Assembly: GCA_034521815.1 (NCBI GenBank)
Contig: JAXHLW010000013.1
Span: forward strand, 1,824,001-1,888,000
Source of the DNA: Trueperaceae bacterium
GTDB taxonomy: Bacteria > Deinococcota > Deinococci > Deinococcales > Trueperaceae
Direction of reading: 5' to 3'
DNA length: 64,000 bases
In this document: positions 44,940-56,937 of the stretch, piece by piece
How positions within the stretch are numbered: the stretch's first letter is position 1
Layout of the letters: each line of letters starts with the position of its first letter
Notes under the pieces: generated by a model
Seen by the model: the letters and a program-made list of their open reading frames with translations, nothing else
Told to the model about the DNA's origin: nothing
Databases searched by the model: none
Position numbers and translations under genes: made by a program

Positions 44940-45670
44940 GGACCGACGAACAGGGCAGCGGCGTTGGCGCGGACGGCTGCGGGCTCGAGACCGGCACCGA
45001 AGTAGTCGCCGTTCTCCCAGATCTCGAAGTGCACGCGGACGCCGTCGGTCAGGCCACGAACGCCGTCGTCCGTTCCCGAGTTGCCCGCGGTCGCGACGAC
45101 CTGGCCCCGGTACACCGGGTCGCCGACGCTCAGGTCCGGCTCGATCGCGTCGAGGTGCGCGTAGCGGTAGCTCCTGCCGTCGTCGCCCTCGATCCACAGC
45201 TGGCGGCCACGGAGACGGTCCAGCTGGGACGCGTCGGCGCCGTCCGCGACCTCGCCCAGAAGCGCGGTCCACTCGGCCTCGTCCGGCTCGGCATAGGCGC
45301 GGTCCGACCGGGTCACGGTGCCTGCCACGGCCGCCACCACGGGCGTGCCGAGCTCGATCGGAACGCCGGCGTCGCCCGCGTAGAAGTCGAACCCTTCGGA
45401 GACGCCGTTCCGGTACGCCCGGGGCGCTCCAGGAAGGTGGGCGTCGTCGGTCGGCAGCGAAGCGCCGGGCACCGGGAACCAGACGCCGGCGGGCGCGCGG
45501 CGAGGCTCCGACCGCGCCGCGGCGATGGCCTCGTTCTCCGCGGCGGCCAGACGCAGCTCGCGGATCTCGGCGCGCGCGTCCCGCGCGACCACCGTCATCA
45601 CGATCGCGTACACGGCCACGACGACCAGCACGATCCATCCTGGCTTCACCGAGCGCGTCGCCGACTGCAT
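44936..45670 (-). CDS. M23-family metallopeptidase with N-terminal anchor
   Basis: GFDF, YAHL, GNSG, VHFEI; first HxxxD ligand reads SEGFD. Confidence 0.85.
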   Translation of the reverse strand: MQSATRSVKPGWIVLVVVAVYAIVMTVVARDARAEIRELRLAAAENEAIAAARSEPRRAPAGVWFPVPGASLPTDDAHLPGAPRAYRNGVSEGFDFYAGDAGVPIELGTPVVAAVAGTVTRSDRAYAEPDEAEWTALLGEVADGADASQLDRLRGRQLWIEGDDGRSYRYAHLDAIEPDLSVGDPVYRGQVVATAGNSGTDDGVRGLTDGVRVHFEIWENGDYFGAGLEPAAVRANAAALFVGP

Positions 45671-45716
45671 GGCAGGGAGTCTAGCAGAGCGCCGAGCGGT
45701 CTCGGCAGCGACGAGG

Positions 45717-46856
45717 TCAGCGCCGGATCAGGTGGTGCATCGCCGGTCGGTGACCGCCGTGGAACACGCGCATCACGCCCTCTGCACGCCACGAGCCCTG
45801 TTCGTCGGCCAGCGCCGCGTCGAACGCCCGGAGCGCATGCGTGACGACCAGTGCGGAGCCGCCGACCGGAAGCAGCCGGGCCGCCTCGCGCAGGAACGCG
45901 CCGTAGCTCAGGTGCAGGTCCGCCACCTCGCCCATGGCGTCGCCCCACGGCGGGTCGGCGACCACGACGTCGAACGACGCGTCCTCGAACGGCGTGGCGG
46001 CCGCGTCCGCCAGCCGCAGCTCGACCTGCGCATCGGCGGGGCCTCCGCTCAGATCGGACCGCACGCGCAAGCCGGCGGCGCGAAGATTGGCCTCGCTGGC
46101 CTCCAGCGCATCGGGATCGAGGTCGACGCCGGCCAGCCGGGCGGCGGGGCCCAACGCCGCGCGCTCCGCGAGCAGCGTCCCCGAGCCGCACATCGCGTTC
46201 AGCACCCGTTGCCCCTTGGCGTGGCCGATCCAGCGCCAGGCCGCCGCCGCGACGCAGGCGTTCAGACCGCCGGGCAGGTTCCTCACCCGCCAGTCACGCA
46301 CCGACAGCGGCCGCGGGGTGGTCCGGATCAGGACCTCCCAACCGGCGCCGGACGCGCCCGCCGGTCCCGGTCGCACGCTTGGTCGCACCCGTACCTGCAG
46401 ATCGCCCTCCTCCGGATCGTCGGGCAGCTCCACTCCCTGCGCCAGCGCAGCCCGGAGCCGCCGCATCACCGGCGAGTCCTTGCCCGCCGCCTCCAGCCGC
46501 ACGGCGTGGAACGGCGAATCCGACGCGCGAACGATCATGCGCATCGCGTCCACGATGCGGCGAAGGTGCGCGTCGCCCAGCAGCGCCTTCGGCCGGGGCA
46601 CGTCGAACGCCAGCACGCGGTGCAGCGCCGTGACGGTGCGAAGCCGCTCCGTAGGCACGTCGTGCCCGCCGGGCCAGGTGAAGCGCACCGCATCGGCCTG
46701 ATCGGTGCCTGCCCGATCGGTGCCGGGCGCCTTCGGGCCCAGTCGCGCTCGGCCCGTGAGGCGAAGCTCCTCGCGGGCGAACGGGGCCAGTCCGGGCAGT
46801 ACCTCCGCCTCGTACGGCACCTCGTGCGCGGCGTCGGTGGCGTGGCTGGGCGTCAT
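45717..46856 (-). CDS. THUMP-associated RNA m2G-type methyltransferase (RlmL/Trm14-like)
   Basis: LSVRDWR, NAMCGSGTL, ADPPWG. Confidence 0.75.
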   Translation of the reverse strand: MTPSHATDAAHEVPYEAEVLPGLAPFAREELRLTGRARLGPKAPGTDRAGTDQADAVRFTWPGGHDVPTERLRTVTALHRVLAFDVPRPKALLGDAHLRRIVDAMRMIVRASDSPFHAVRLEAAGKDSPVMRRLRAALAQGVELPDDPEEGDLQVRVRPSVRPGPAGASGAGWEVLIRTTPRPLSVRDWRVRNLPGGLNACVAAAAWRWIGHAKGQRVLNAMCGSGTLLAERAALGPAARLAGVDLDPDALEASEANLRAAGLRVRSDLSGGPADAQVELRLADAAATPFEDASFDVVVADPPWGDAMGEVADLHLSYGAFLREAARLLPVGGSALVVTHALRAFDAALADEQGSWRAEGVMRVFHGGHRPAMHHLIRR

Positions 46857-46940
46857 GGCGTCAGCGTACCGGAGCGGCCCGACGCCCTCGCCGTCGCATG
46901 CCCTTCCCGAATTCGGCCGGCGCCGACATACCCTTGGCGG

Positions 46941-48081
46941 GTGTCCCGTCCGCGCTCGGCGTACCTGCACGTGCCTTTCTGTCCACACGTCTGCCCCTAC
47001 TGCGACTTCCACAAGATGCGCCGCGACGAGCGGCTGGTCGAGCGCTACTTGACCCGCCTCGAGCAGGAGATCGCCGAGGCGGGTGTACGCTTCGGCGGGC
47101 CGCTGGACACGCTCTACCTGGGGGGCGGCACCCCGTCGCACCTGAGCGACGCCGAGCTAGATCGGGTCTTCGCCGCGCTGGACCGCGCCTTCGGACTGCC
47201 GGCCCGCGTCGAGACGCACGCTGGAGGCGGACCCGGCGACGTTCGATGCGGCGCGGCTGGAGAGGTTCCGGGCGCTGGGCGTCGGTCGCCTGTCGATCGG
47301 GCTGCAGAGCACCCAGGACGAGGTGCTGCGCTTCCTGGGCCGCGCGCACGACGCGGCGACCGGACTGGCGGCGGTCCGTACGGCGCTGGACGCCGGATTC
47401 GAGGTGTCGGCCGACCTGATCACCGCCGTCACCGGCCAGGACGCCCGCGCGGACCTGGAGGGCCTGGCGGCGACCGGCGTCCAGCACGTCTCGGTGTACA
47501 CGCTCACGATCGAGCCGTACACCCCGTTCGCGCTGCGCCGCGTCCACGTCGACGACGATCGCGCGGCGGACGACTACGAGCTGGCCGCCGAGGTGCTGGG
47601 CGCGCACGGCTTCGACCGGTACGAGGTGTCGAACCACGCCCGGCCGGGACACGCCTCGGTGCACAACCAGGTGTACTGGCACGGCGCATTCTTCCTGGGC
47701 CTGGGCCCATCGGCCGCCGGCTACCTCCCGCTGGGCGACGGCAGCGACCCGGCCGACCTGGGCGAGCGCGTCACGAACCTGCCGATCAAGGCGTGGCTGC
47801 GGGGCGATCCCCCGCAGCGCGAGCGCCTGGACGCCCGCGAGCACGTGCTCGAGAGGCTGATGACCGGACTGCGGACCGTACGGGGCGTGGACCTGGACGC
47901 GCTGGCCGCGCGATCCGGAATCGACGTGCGAGCCCGCTACGAGGACGTCCTGCGGGACGAGCTGGCGTCGGGAAGGCTGGAGCTGATCGCCCCCGCCGGC
48001 CCGCGAGCCACCGTGCTGCGCGCGACCGACCGCGGACTGGTCGTCCTGGACGCCGTCCTGCGGAGGTTCTTCGCCGCCTGA
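46941..48081 (+). CDS. hemW: Radical SAM heme chaperone HemW (frameshift near 47215)
   Basis: YLHVPFCxxxCxYCDF, GGGTPS, YEVSN, HNQVYW. Confidence 0.9.
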
Positions 48082-48093
48082 CGCGCCCGGTCG

Positions 48094-48711
48094 TCAGGCT
48101 GGCGCGGCAGCGACCGCCGCTCCGGCCTCGTCGAGCACCGCGTCACGCACCAGGCGACGTACCCGCTGCTCGTAGCGCTCCACCGTCCAGCCGCCCTCGA
48201 TCACCAGCACCTCGTACATGCGTGCGGACAGGAGCCCGAAGAGCAGATCGGCGGCCTCCTTCGCCGTCCATTCCGGTCGCAGCCGCCCGTCGTGGTCGAG
48301 CTGCTCGAACACCCGCTGGTAGCGCTCGCGGCGGACGCGCGTCCGGTTCGCCCACGCCGCCTGCGCCGCCGGATCGCTGGCTCGTGCCACGTCGTTCGCG
48401 ACCGCCACGCCGTGAACCGACGGAACCGTCCGGACGTAGTCGGCGATGGCGTGGTCCAGGGCGTCCAGCCCCGAGGCGCCGGCGGGGAGCGGCGCCAGGC
48501 CGTGTCGGCGACGCGCCTCGTCGAGGATGTGCTCCGAAGCGGCGACCACCAGATCCGACTTCGACCCGAAGTGGTCGTAGACCGCCTGCCGCGAGACGCC
48601 GGCCTCGTCGGCGACGGCGGCCATGGTGAAGTCGAGGAAGCCGGTCCGCTCGAGAACGCGACCGGCCGCCCGCAGAACGAGGCGATGGGTCCGCTGGGCA
48701 CGCGATGGCAC
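48094..48711 (-). CDS. TetR/AcrR family regulator
   Basis: TMAAVADEAGVSRQAVYDHFGSK helix-turn-helix. Confidence 0.92.
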   Translation of the reverse strand: MPSRAQRTHRLVLRAAGRVLERTGFLDFTMAAVADEAGVSRQAVYDHFGSKSDLVVAASEHILDEARRRHGLAPLPAGASGLDALDHAIADYVRTVPSVHGVAVANDVARASDPAAQAAWANRTRVRRERYQRVFEQLDHDGRLRPEWTAKEAADLLFGLLSARMYEVLVIEGGWTVERYEQRVRRLVRDAVLDEAGAAVAAAPA

Positions 48712-48808
48712 GCGGGTAGGCTTTCACGGCCGCCTACGCGGCGTCAACCGAGACGACTGCGACGCGTCGGCGCCCGCCACGGCCACCCGCAGCTCGGCGC
48801 CAGCTATC

Positions 48809-48838
48809 TTGACACCGTGTCAATCTCCCGCCTATCGT
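48809..48838 (+). promoter_or_regulatory. Promoter with palindromic operator over the -35 box
   Basis: TTGACAC-C-GTGTCAA perfect palindrome; TTGACA-N18-TATCGT. Confidence 0.75.
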
Positions 48839-48899
48839 GACCGTGCCTGTCCGCAACTCCGACCAGGGCGCGGCCTTCCCCCGATTGCCGTGTCGCGAT

Positions 48900-48937
48900 C
48901 GCAGTGCAGGACAGCGCAGTGCAGGACAGCGCAGTGC
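48900..48937. repeat. 15-bp tandem repeat in the 5' UTR
   Basis: CGCAGTGCAGGACAG x2.5. Confidence 0.9.
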
Positions 48938-48970
48938 CGCGGAGTGTAGTGCAGCTCAGGAGGAGGAATC

Positions 48971-49828
48971 ATGCTCGATACCCCGTCCCTACATCGCCGC
49001 CTCGTGTCCACGCTCGTGGGCGTCCTGACGCTCGTCGTCGGTGGTGGAGCCGTGGCCGACGCCACGCCGCACCAGCCTCCCGAGGCGGTCGTCCACGCTT
49101 ACGACTACGCCTTCGACGGCCCCGACACGTTCGAGACCGGCCTCCGCCTCGTCAGGCTCGAGAACCTCGGCGACGAGCCGCACCACCTGCAGTTCGCCCT
49201 CCTGAACGAAGGCGTCGACATGGCGTCCTTCGGCGAGGCGCTGGCCACCCAAGGTCCGGGCGCGCTGTCGATGGTCACCCTGACCGGCGGACCCGGACTG
49301 ATCGTTCCCGGCGCCACGACCGAGACCCTGGTCGACTTCGCGCTGCCGGGAACCTACGCGCTGCTCTGCTTCATCGAGACCGCGGACGGCGTGCCGCACC
49401 TGGCGCTCGGCATGGTCGACGCGCTCGAGGTGACCGGCGAGCCGCAGGCGGCGGCCGAGCTGAGCGCCGACGTCGAGGTCCGCATGGTCGATTTCGCGTA
49501 CACGATGCCGTCGTCGATTCCCGCCGGCCGTACCACCTGGAAGGTCATCAACGACGGTCCGCAACCGCACGAAATGATCGTCCTGGAGCTGGCCGAGGGC
49601 GCGAACATCGACACGCTGATGCAGCACCTGGCCGAGCATGGCGAGGAAGGAATGCCCGCGAAGCCGATCGGAGGCGCCCAGGGACTGAGCGCCGGCCTCG
49701 CGAGCTATCTCGACTGGGAGCTCGAGGCCGGCGACTACGTCGCGATCTGCTTCATCCCCGATCCGGAGACCGGGCTCCCCCACCTCGCCCTCGGCATGGC
49801 CGCACCGTTCACGGTCGAGGCGAACTGG
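48971..49828 (+). CDS. Secreted protein with two cupredoxin (type-1 Cu-like) domains; stop codon missing as sequenced
   Basis: AGGAGG RBS; signal peptide; two copies of N.G.(E/Q)PH...G.Y...C-x9/10-H-x4-M; protein-like sequence ends at ..FTVEAN. Confidence 0.8.
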
Positions 49829-49838
49829 GCCTGCACGC

Positions 49839-52800
49839 TCACCCTGCTGCTGATCCAGCAGCCGCACCAGCACCGTGCCCGAGCCCAGATCGAGCGCCTC
49901 GTCGTGCTCGATCTCCTCGAGCGCCGGGTCGAACCGGTCGAGCAGCTTGGGCACCGTGCTCAGGAAGCGATCGACCGAAAGGCGACCGTCGTCACGGGCC
50001 GCCTCGACGTAGCGACCGGCCAGCTTCTGCTGCGCCTGACGCAGGTCCATCACCAGGCCGGCCAGCGCGATCGTCTCCCACTTGTCCTCGCTCTCGAGCT
50101 CGCTCAGCCGGTCGCGCAGCCAGCCCAGCCGCAACCGCTCGCCGATCGCGTAGAACCGCTTGGCGGCCTCCTCGAGGTCCACGCTCAGCTCGCGCGCCAC
50201 CTCGACCGCGCCGACCGAGGCGGGAACGTAGTCCAGCACCGCGACCTCGCTGGCCGTGTCGGCGTCGAACCCCTGCTTGACGAAGCCCTTCACCCGCCGG
50301 GCGAAGTGGCGCTTCTCGGCGCCGGCCACGATCTTCGGCAGCAGCTCGCGAAGCCTGGCCAGGGGACGCTTGTACCTGTCCGCGAACACGTGCATGTCCT
50401 CGCTCTCCAGGTCGTGGAGAAGGATCCAGGACACGATGCCCTCGACCGCGCGCACCATCTCGTCCTCCGCGAAGTAGCGCGCGTCGGCGTCCAGCTCGTC
50501 GTCGGCTTCCAGGCGATCCACGAACGCCTGGGCGTCCAGCAGGTCCATCGCCATCAGCGCCGCCCGGAGGATCTCGACCGGCGTCGCGCCCGATTCCCGG
50601 ATCGTCCGGTGCACGAAGGTGACGCCCAGCAGGTCGACCACCTGGTTGGTGGCCTGGGTCGCGACGATCTCGCGCCGCAACGGATGCGCCCGGATCGCGT
50701 CGCCGTACTCTTTGCCCAGCACGGACGGAAAGTACGACACCAGCAGCGTCTCGAGGTGCGGATCGCTGGGGAAGTCGGTGTCGAGCAGCCGGCGGTACAC
50801 GCCCATCTTCACGTACGCCAGCAGGATCGCGAGCTCCGGCCGCACGTAGCTCGCTCCCATGCGGGCCCGCTCGGCGCGTTGCTTGGCGTCGGGCAGGAAC
50901 TCCACGCCGGCGTCCAACCCGCCGCGTTCCTCGAGGTACTCCTGCAGCGACACGAACAGCCCCGGGTTCTGCCGTGCGCGACGCTCCGCCAGCGAGATCG
51001 CCAGCGACTGGCGCGCCGCGTCGGTGAGGACCAGGCGCGACACCTCGTCCGTCATGTCGCCCAGCAGCCGGTTGCGCTGGACCTCCGACAGCTCGCCCGA
51101 GGCGACCAGCGGCTGCAGCAGGATCTTGATGTTCACCTCGCGGTCCGACATGTCGACGCCGCCCACGTTGTGGATCGCGTCGGTGTCGATCCGACCGCCG
51201 GCGCGGGCGTACTCGATGCGCCCCAGCTGTGTCAGGCCCAGGTTGCCGCCCTCGCCGATCACCTTGCAGCGCAGGTCCACGCCGTCCACCCGGACGGCGT
51301 CGTTGGTGCTGTCCCCCACGTCGGCGTGCCGCTCGTCCGAGGCCTTGACGTACGTCCCGATGCCGCCGTTCCAGAGCAGATCGACCGGCATCGTCAGGAT
51401 CGCACGCACCAGGTCCTGGCCGGACAGCGCCTCGGCGTCGGTGCCCAGCATCTCGCGGACCTGCGCAGAGAGCGGAATCAGCTTGGCGGACCGTGAGAAC
51501 ACGCCGCCGCCCTCGCTGATCACGTCGGCGTCGTAGTCCGTCCAGCTGGAGCGCGGCAGCCCGAACAGCCGCTCTCGCTCCAGGTAGGACGCCTCGGGGT
51601 CGGGATCCGGATCCAGGAACACGTGCAGGTGGTTGAACGCGGCTTGCAGCCGCAGGGTGCGGCTGTACAGCAGGCCGTTGCCGAACACGTCGCCCGACAT
51701 GTCGCCGATCCCGGAGACGGTGATCGGCTCGCGGGTCGGATCGACGCCCATCTCGCGGAAGTGCCGGCCCACGCTCTCCCAGGTGCCGCGAGCGGTGATC
51801 CCCTCCTCCTTGTGGTCGTAGCCTTGGCTGCCGCCCGAGGCGAACGCGTCGCCCAGCCAGTAGCCGCGACGCTGCGCGATCTCGTTCGCGACGTCGCTGA
51901 AGGTGGCCGTGCCCTTGTCCGCGGCGACGACCAGGTACGGGTCCTCCTCGTCGTGCACGACCATCCCCTCGGGATGGACGACCCGGTCGCCGACCCGGTC
52001 GTCGGTCAGGTCCAGGAGCGCGCCGATGAACACCCGGTACTTCTCCTCGACGTAGGCGCGAAGCTCGTCGCGGCCGGCGGGAGCGTGAGCGACGACGAAT
52101 CCGCCCTTCGAGCCGACCGGCACGATCACCGCGTTCTTCGTCATCTGCGTCTTCATCAGGCCCAGGATCTCGGTCCGGAAGTCGTCGGGCCGGTCCGACC
52201 AGCGGATCCCGCCGCGGGCGACCTTGCCGCCCCGAAGGTGGGCCCCCTCGACGCCGTACCCGCTCACGGCGATCTCGTACAGCGGCCGAGGATCCGGCAT
52301 GTGCGCGACCTGCTGCGAGGCGATCTTGACCGCGATCGCGCCGCTGCGAAGGTAGAAGTTCGTCCGCACCGTCGCGCGCATCAGGTCGTGCAGCCCCCGC
52401 AGGATCCGGTCCTCGGGAAGCGAGGCGACCGCCGACAGGGCGTCCAGGAACACCCGGTCCGCCGCCTCGGTCTGGGCCGCCCGGTCGCCGTCCAGCTGCG
52501 GATCGTGGCGGGCCCTGAACGTCGCGAGCAGCGGCGGCACCACCGCCGGGTTCGCGAGCAGCGCGTCGTTGACGAAGCTTCGGCTGGTGACCGCGTTCAG
52601 CTGCGCGTAGTACAGCTGATACGCACGCAGCAGCTCCACCTCGCGCAGCGTCAGGCCGGCCGCCAGCACCAGCCGGTTCAGCCGATCGCTGGCGACCCCG
52701 CCGGCCAGCAGCCTCTCGAGCGCCGCGACCAGCCGGTCACGATCGGCACGCACGTCCAGCATCGCGCCCGCACGGTCCTGCACCCGGAACACGTCGATGG

Positions 52801-54625
52801 CGCGAGGATCGTCCGAGCTGCGCAGCTCGTACGCGACCTGCTCCAGGACCCGCAGGCCGAGGTTCTCGAGCATCGGCAGCACGTCGGAGAGCGCCAGCGT
52901 GGCGTTGCGGTGGTAGATCTTCAGCAGCGCCGCCGGCTGGCCCGGGCGGTCGCCCAGCGGCGCCAGCAGATCGACCGAAGCGGTCTTCTCCCCGAGCGCC
53001 TCGAGGTTCTCGATGTCGCGCAGGGCTTGCGCGGGACGGACGTCCGCCTGGTAGCGCTCGTCCATCGCCGCGATCCAGCGCTCGGCCAGTCGTCGCCCCT
53101 GGGCGACGCCGTGACGCTCGATCGCGCGCTCGCGCAGGTGGTCGCTCCAGGTCCGCGTCAGCTCGGCCACCTCGGCCTCGAGCTCGTGCACGTCGATCCG
53201 GTCGCGGGTGAGATCGGTGACGAAGAAGAAGTGGAAGCGGACCTGCGCCTCGTCCTCGCCGATGGCCAGGGTGTAGTCGACGTGCTCCGCGTCCAGCCGC
53301 CGCGTCAGGTGCCGCTGAATCGCCATGCGCACGTCGGCGTTGAACCGCTCGCGCGGCATGATGACCATCATCCCCAGGCCCCGCTGCAGCTGGTCGGGCC
53401 GCACGGTCAGCTTCACGCCGCGCTCCTGCTCGAGCGCCATGATGGTGCGCACGTCGCGCCACAGCTGATCGGCGTCCGACCAGAAAAGCTCGGTGCGAGG
53501 CATCGAGTCGAAGACGCTGACGATCTCCTTGTAGTCGTGCGACCCGGGCACGGCGTCGTCGCGCTCCAGCACGCCCTGCAGCTTGCTTCGCAGGATCGGC
53601 GTCTCGTCGACCGGGGTCGCCAGCGCCTTGCTGGTGAACAGGCCCACGATGCGTCGCTCGCCCAGCACCTGCAGGCCGCTGCCCAGCTTCTTGACCCCGA
53701 CGTAGTCCATCCGGGAGGGCCGGTGCACCGTGGACTCCGCGTTCGTCTTCGTCACGATCAGCGGCCTGCCGCCGGTGACGCGCTCGCGCAGGCCCTCGGG
53801 CAGCTCGGTCAGGGGGACCGGCTCGCGGTAGGCGCTCTCCTCGAGCTTCCTGAGGATGCCCAGCGCCGAGTCGGCGTCGACCTGCAGCATCCGCACCCCG
53901 TCGCGCTCGACGATGTCGTACTCGCGGTAGCCGAGGTAGATGAAGTTGCCGTCGTCCAGCCAATCCAGGAACGTCGCGTACTCCTCGAGCTCCTCGCCAC
54001 GATCGCGGTGAGCCCCCTGGGCGGTGCGCTGACGCACCTCGCGAAGCCCCGCGGCCACCTCCTGCGCCTTCTCGCGCAGCTCGGGGTAGTCGTCGGTCGC
54101 CAGCACCACGTCGCCCAGCACGCGCTCGACGGCGTCGCGCAGCACCCCGCGGCCCGCTTCGCTGTCGATGCGCTCCACGAAGTACAGCTCGAACGCCTCC
54201 GGCGTTCCGCCGCCCCCGCGCGCGGACAGATCGGCGACCCGGCCGTCCTCGCCGCGCCTGACCCGGTAGATCGGGTGGAGCAGGTGGAACAGCTCCACGT
54301 CGTGCCTTCGGAGCGCGGTGCGGACCGAGTCGACGATGAACGGCCGGTCCCGCATCGTGACCCGCACGACGGTGTACGGCGCTTCCCAGCCGTCCGCCTG
54401 GAAGGTGGGGTCCAGCACGTCCACCGCCACGCCGTTCCCGCCCTGCTGGTCCAAGAACTGCAGCCCGCCGCGTGCCATCGCGACGAGCGCGTCGGGGTCG
54501 AACGCGTCCAGGAACCCTGGATCGGCCTTGTCGAAGAGCTGCTCCGCGAAACGGCCGAGGAGGGAGCGATCCCCATCCTCGGCGCTCGCGATGCGGCTGC
54601 GAACCTGTTCGAGCGTCGCTGGCAT
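49839..54625 (-). CDS. gdhB: Large NAD-specific glutamate dehydrogenase (about 1600 aa; stop out of frame by one base)
   Basis: RGGKVARGGIRWSDR, KNAVIVPVGSKGGF, DPYLVVAADKGTATFSD, GDMSGDVFGNG, LLWNGGIGT. Confidence 0.95.
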
Positions 54626-54798
54626 GCCGTACGCCTCCCTGCGGTCGCCGCTCCGCGTGGTCCGCGGCCCGGCGCATTCATGGATTGCGTCACCATACCC
54701 GCGACCCTGCCTCGACGCGGCGGTATTCTCGCGCGCCGGGTCGTCGCAGCCGGTCGCGTCGCGGCCAGCGACGTCGTGGGCCGGATAGACTGGCCGCC

Positions 54799-55290
54799 AT
54801 GACGTTGCTCGCGGCCACCGCGCTGGTGGTGCTCGATCAGGTGGCCAAGGTGTGGGTCCAGGCGACGTTCGCGCTGGGCGAGCCGGGAACGCCGCTGATC
54901 CCCGGCGCGCTCTACCTCACGTACGTCCAGAACAGGGGCGCGGCGTTCGGCATGCTGCAGGGACTGGACCTGCGCATCGGTGCTCTGCACGTCGACGGCA
55001 CCTTCCTGCTGGGTCTTCTCTCGCTGGCGGTGGCGGTCTGGCTGGCGGTGCACCTGATGCGGCACGGGCGCGAGCACGGCGCATGGATGCGGGCGGCGTT
55101 GACGATGGTGCTGGCCGGCGCGGTCGGCAACATGATCGACCGCTTCCGCCTCGGCTACGTCGTCGACTTCGTGCACGTCCACATCGGCTGGTTCGACTTT
55201 CCGGTGTTCAACCTGGCCGACGCGCTGATCAGCGTGGGCGCGGTGCTGCTGCTGGTCGTGTCGCTGGTCGCGCCGCAGGCACGGCGCTAG
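54799..55290 (+). CDS. lspA: Lipoprotein signal peptidase II
   Basis: LDQ..K, NRGAAFG, GN.IDR, VVDF, FNLAD. Confidence 0.95.
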   Translation: MTLLAATALVVLDQVAKVWVQATFALGEPGTPLIPGALYLTYVQNRGAAFGMLQGLDLRIGALHVDGTFLLGLLSLAVAVWLAVHLMRHGREHGAWMRAALTMVLAGAVGNMIDRFRLGYVVDFVHVHIGWFDFPVFNLADALISVGAVLLLVVSLVAPQARR

Positions 55291-55589
55291 CCTGCTCGCC
55301 GCGGCCGAACTCGACCGTCGACTGGGCTCCGTCTGACCGCGTCGCTCACGTCGCAGCATCGTCGAGATCGGACCGACCTCGAACCCGCTCACCGCAGCGC
55401 GCACCCCGTGCACGCTGCGCGCGTGCACCGTCGGAAGCGCGGGCATGCTGGAATCGGCTGCGCCCCTGCTTGGCAACGACGCCGTTCGCTCCGAGTCGCG
55501 TCACGCCGACCGGGCTCGATTCGTACGACATCGTGTTCACCGGCGTGATCGTGTTTCCGTTCAGCTCGAACACGGTCCACAGCGTAGCG

Positions 55590-56937
55590 CGCGACCGGAA
55601 GGAACGTCCGCAAGAAGCTGTCGGGATCGGCGTAGTCCGCCGCCCAGCCCAGCATGTACATCGGCAGGCGGCCTGCGTTGGCGTCGGCCAGGTAGGCGTT
55701 CCAGTCCTTCGTCCGGGGCCTCGCGATGATCCCGACATCGGCCAGGTAGCTCGCGATCGTCTCGGCGATCGCCTGCGGCGCGGGCTCCAACGGACTGCTC
55801 ACCGGCACGTACCAGAGCTCGGTCGTGAACCCGTCCGCCAGACCGGCCTCCGCCAGCAGCGTGCGGGCCCGCGCCGGGTCGTAGCGGTACGGCTCCACCT
55901 CGGCGTGCCCCCAGAGGAGGGGCGGCAGGAAGTCGGTGGCGAGCGTCGCGAACGGCCCGTAGAACGCGTCGACGATCGCTTGGCGATCGACGGCGTGCGC
56001 GACGGCTCGGCGGACCCGGACATCGCCGTACGGCGTCACGTCCTGGTTCATCGCCACGAACCCCACGTTCAGCTCCGCCTCGGGCGCGATCACGCGCAGG
56101 TCGGCCCGCTCGCGGACGACGGCCACGGCGTCCGCGTCGAGGTTCAGCGCGATGTCCACCGTGCCGGCGAGCAGCTCGGCCAGTCGCGCGGTGGCGTCGG
56201 GCAGGCCCCGCACCACGACGCGCCGGACCCGTGCGGCCTCGCCCAGTAGCCGTCGTGACGCTCCAGCACCACGCGGTCGCCCTCGCGCCATTCGGCGAAC
56301 CGGAACGGCCCGGTTCCCACGCTGCCGACCGCCGGCGTGCCGTAGTCGGCGCCCGCGGACCTGACGGCGGCGGGGCTGTCGATCTGGAACGCCTCGGGCG
56401 ATCAGCCAGCACCTGGCTCGGCAGGAAGCTCGACCGGCTCGCGACCACCGCCAGGCGGACGGTAGTCGGCAGTCGACGATGATCACGCTCGATGCTGATG
56501 CGGATGGCTGACCGTCGCCGACGAAGGCCGCCGAAGACCGCCGCCAGCGGCACGTCGCCCTTGCCCGTCGTCATCGGTGCGCGTGCGGATGATCCGGCTC
56601 GTTCCAGCGATCCAGGTTGAACTTCACGGCGTCCGCGTCGAACGGCGTGCCGTCGTGGACGGCGTACGACGATCACGGAGCGATCAGCGGTCCCCGACGG
56701 TCGGCGTCACTCGTTGCGGCCGCCGGCGGTCGCCAGCCGCGGAACGGGCTCGGTGCCGTCGCGGCCGATCAGCCGCTCGGTCACGTTCATCGCGACGTTC
56801 TGCGAGAACACGTCCTGCGCGTCGGCGGAGTCCAGGCTGGTCGGCAAGGCGCTATCCGCCACCACCAGCGTCTGGGCGTGGCCGACGCCGGCGACCAGCG
56901 CCGTCGCGAGCACGAACAGGGTGAGGAACGGACGCAT
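55590..56937 (-). pseudogene. Degraded family-5 ABC substrate-binding protein
   Basis: Signal peptide, SLD, HDGTPFDADAVKFN, VGTGPF, VRRAVAHAVD and GWAADYADPD spread over many frames, with an early stop and apparent deletions. Confidence 0.75.

Noticed and set aside
45525-48629. 1034-aa ORF containing a radical SAM motif
   Set aside because: Only 46941 to about 47215 is HemW; the rest is shadow frame around a frameshift
48989-49838. C-terminal extra domain on glutamate dehydrogenase
   Set aside because: It is the antisense translation of the cupredoxin gene
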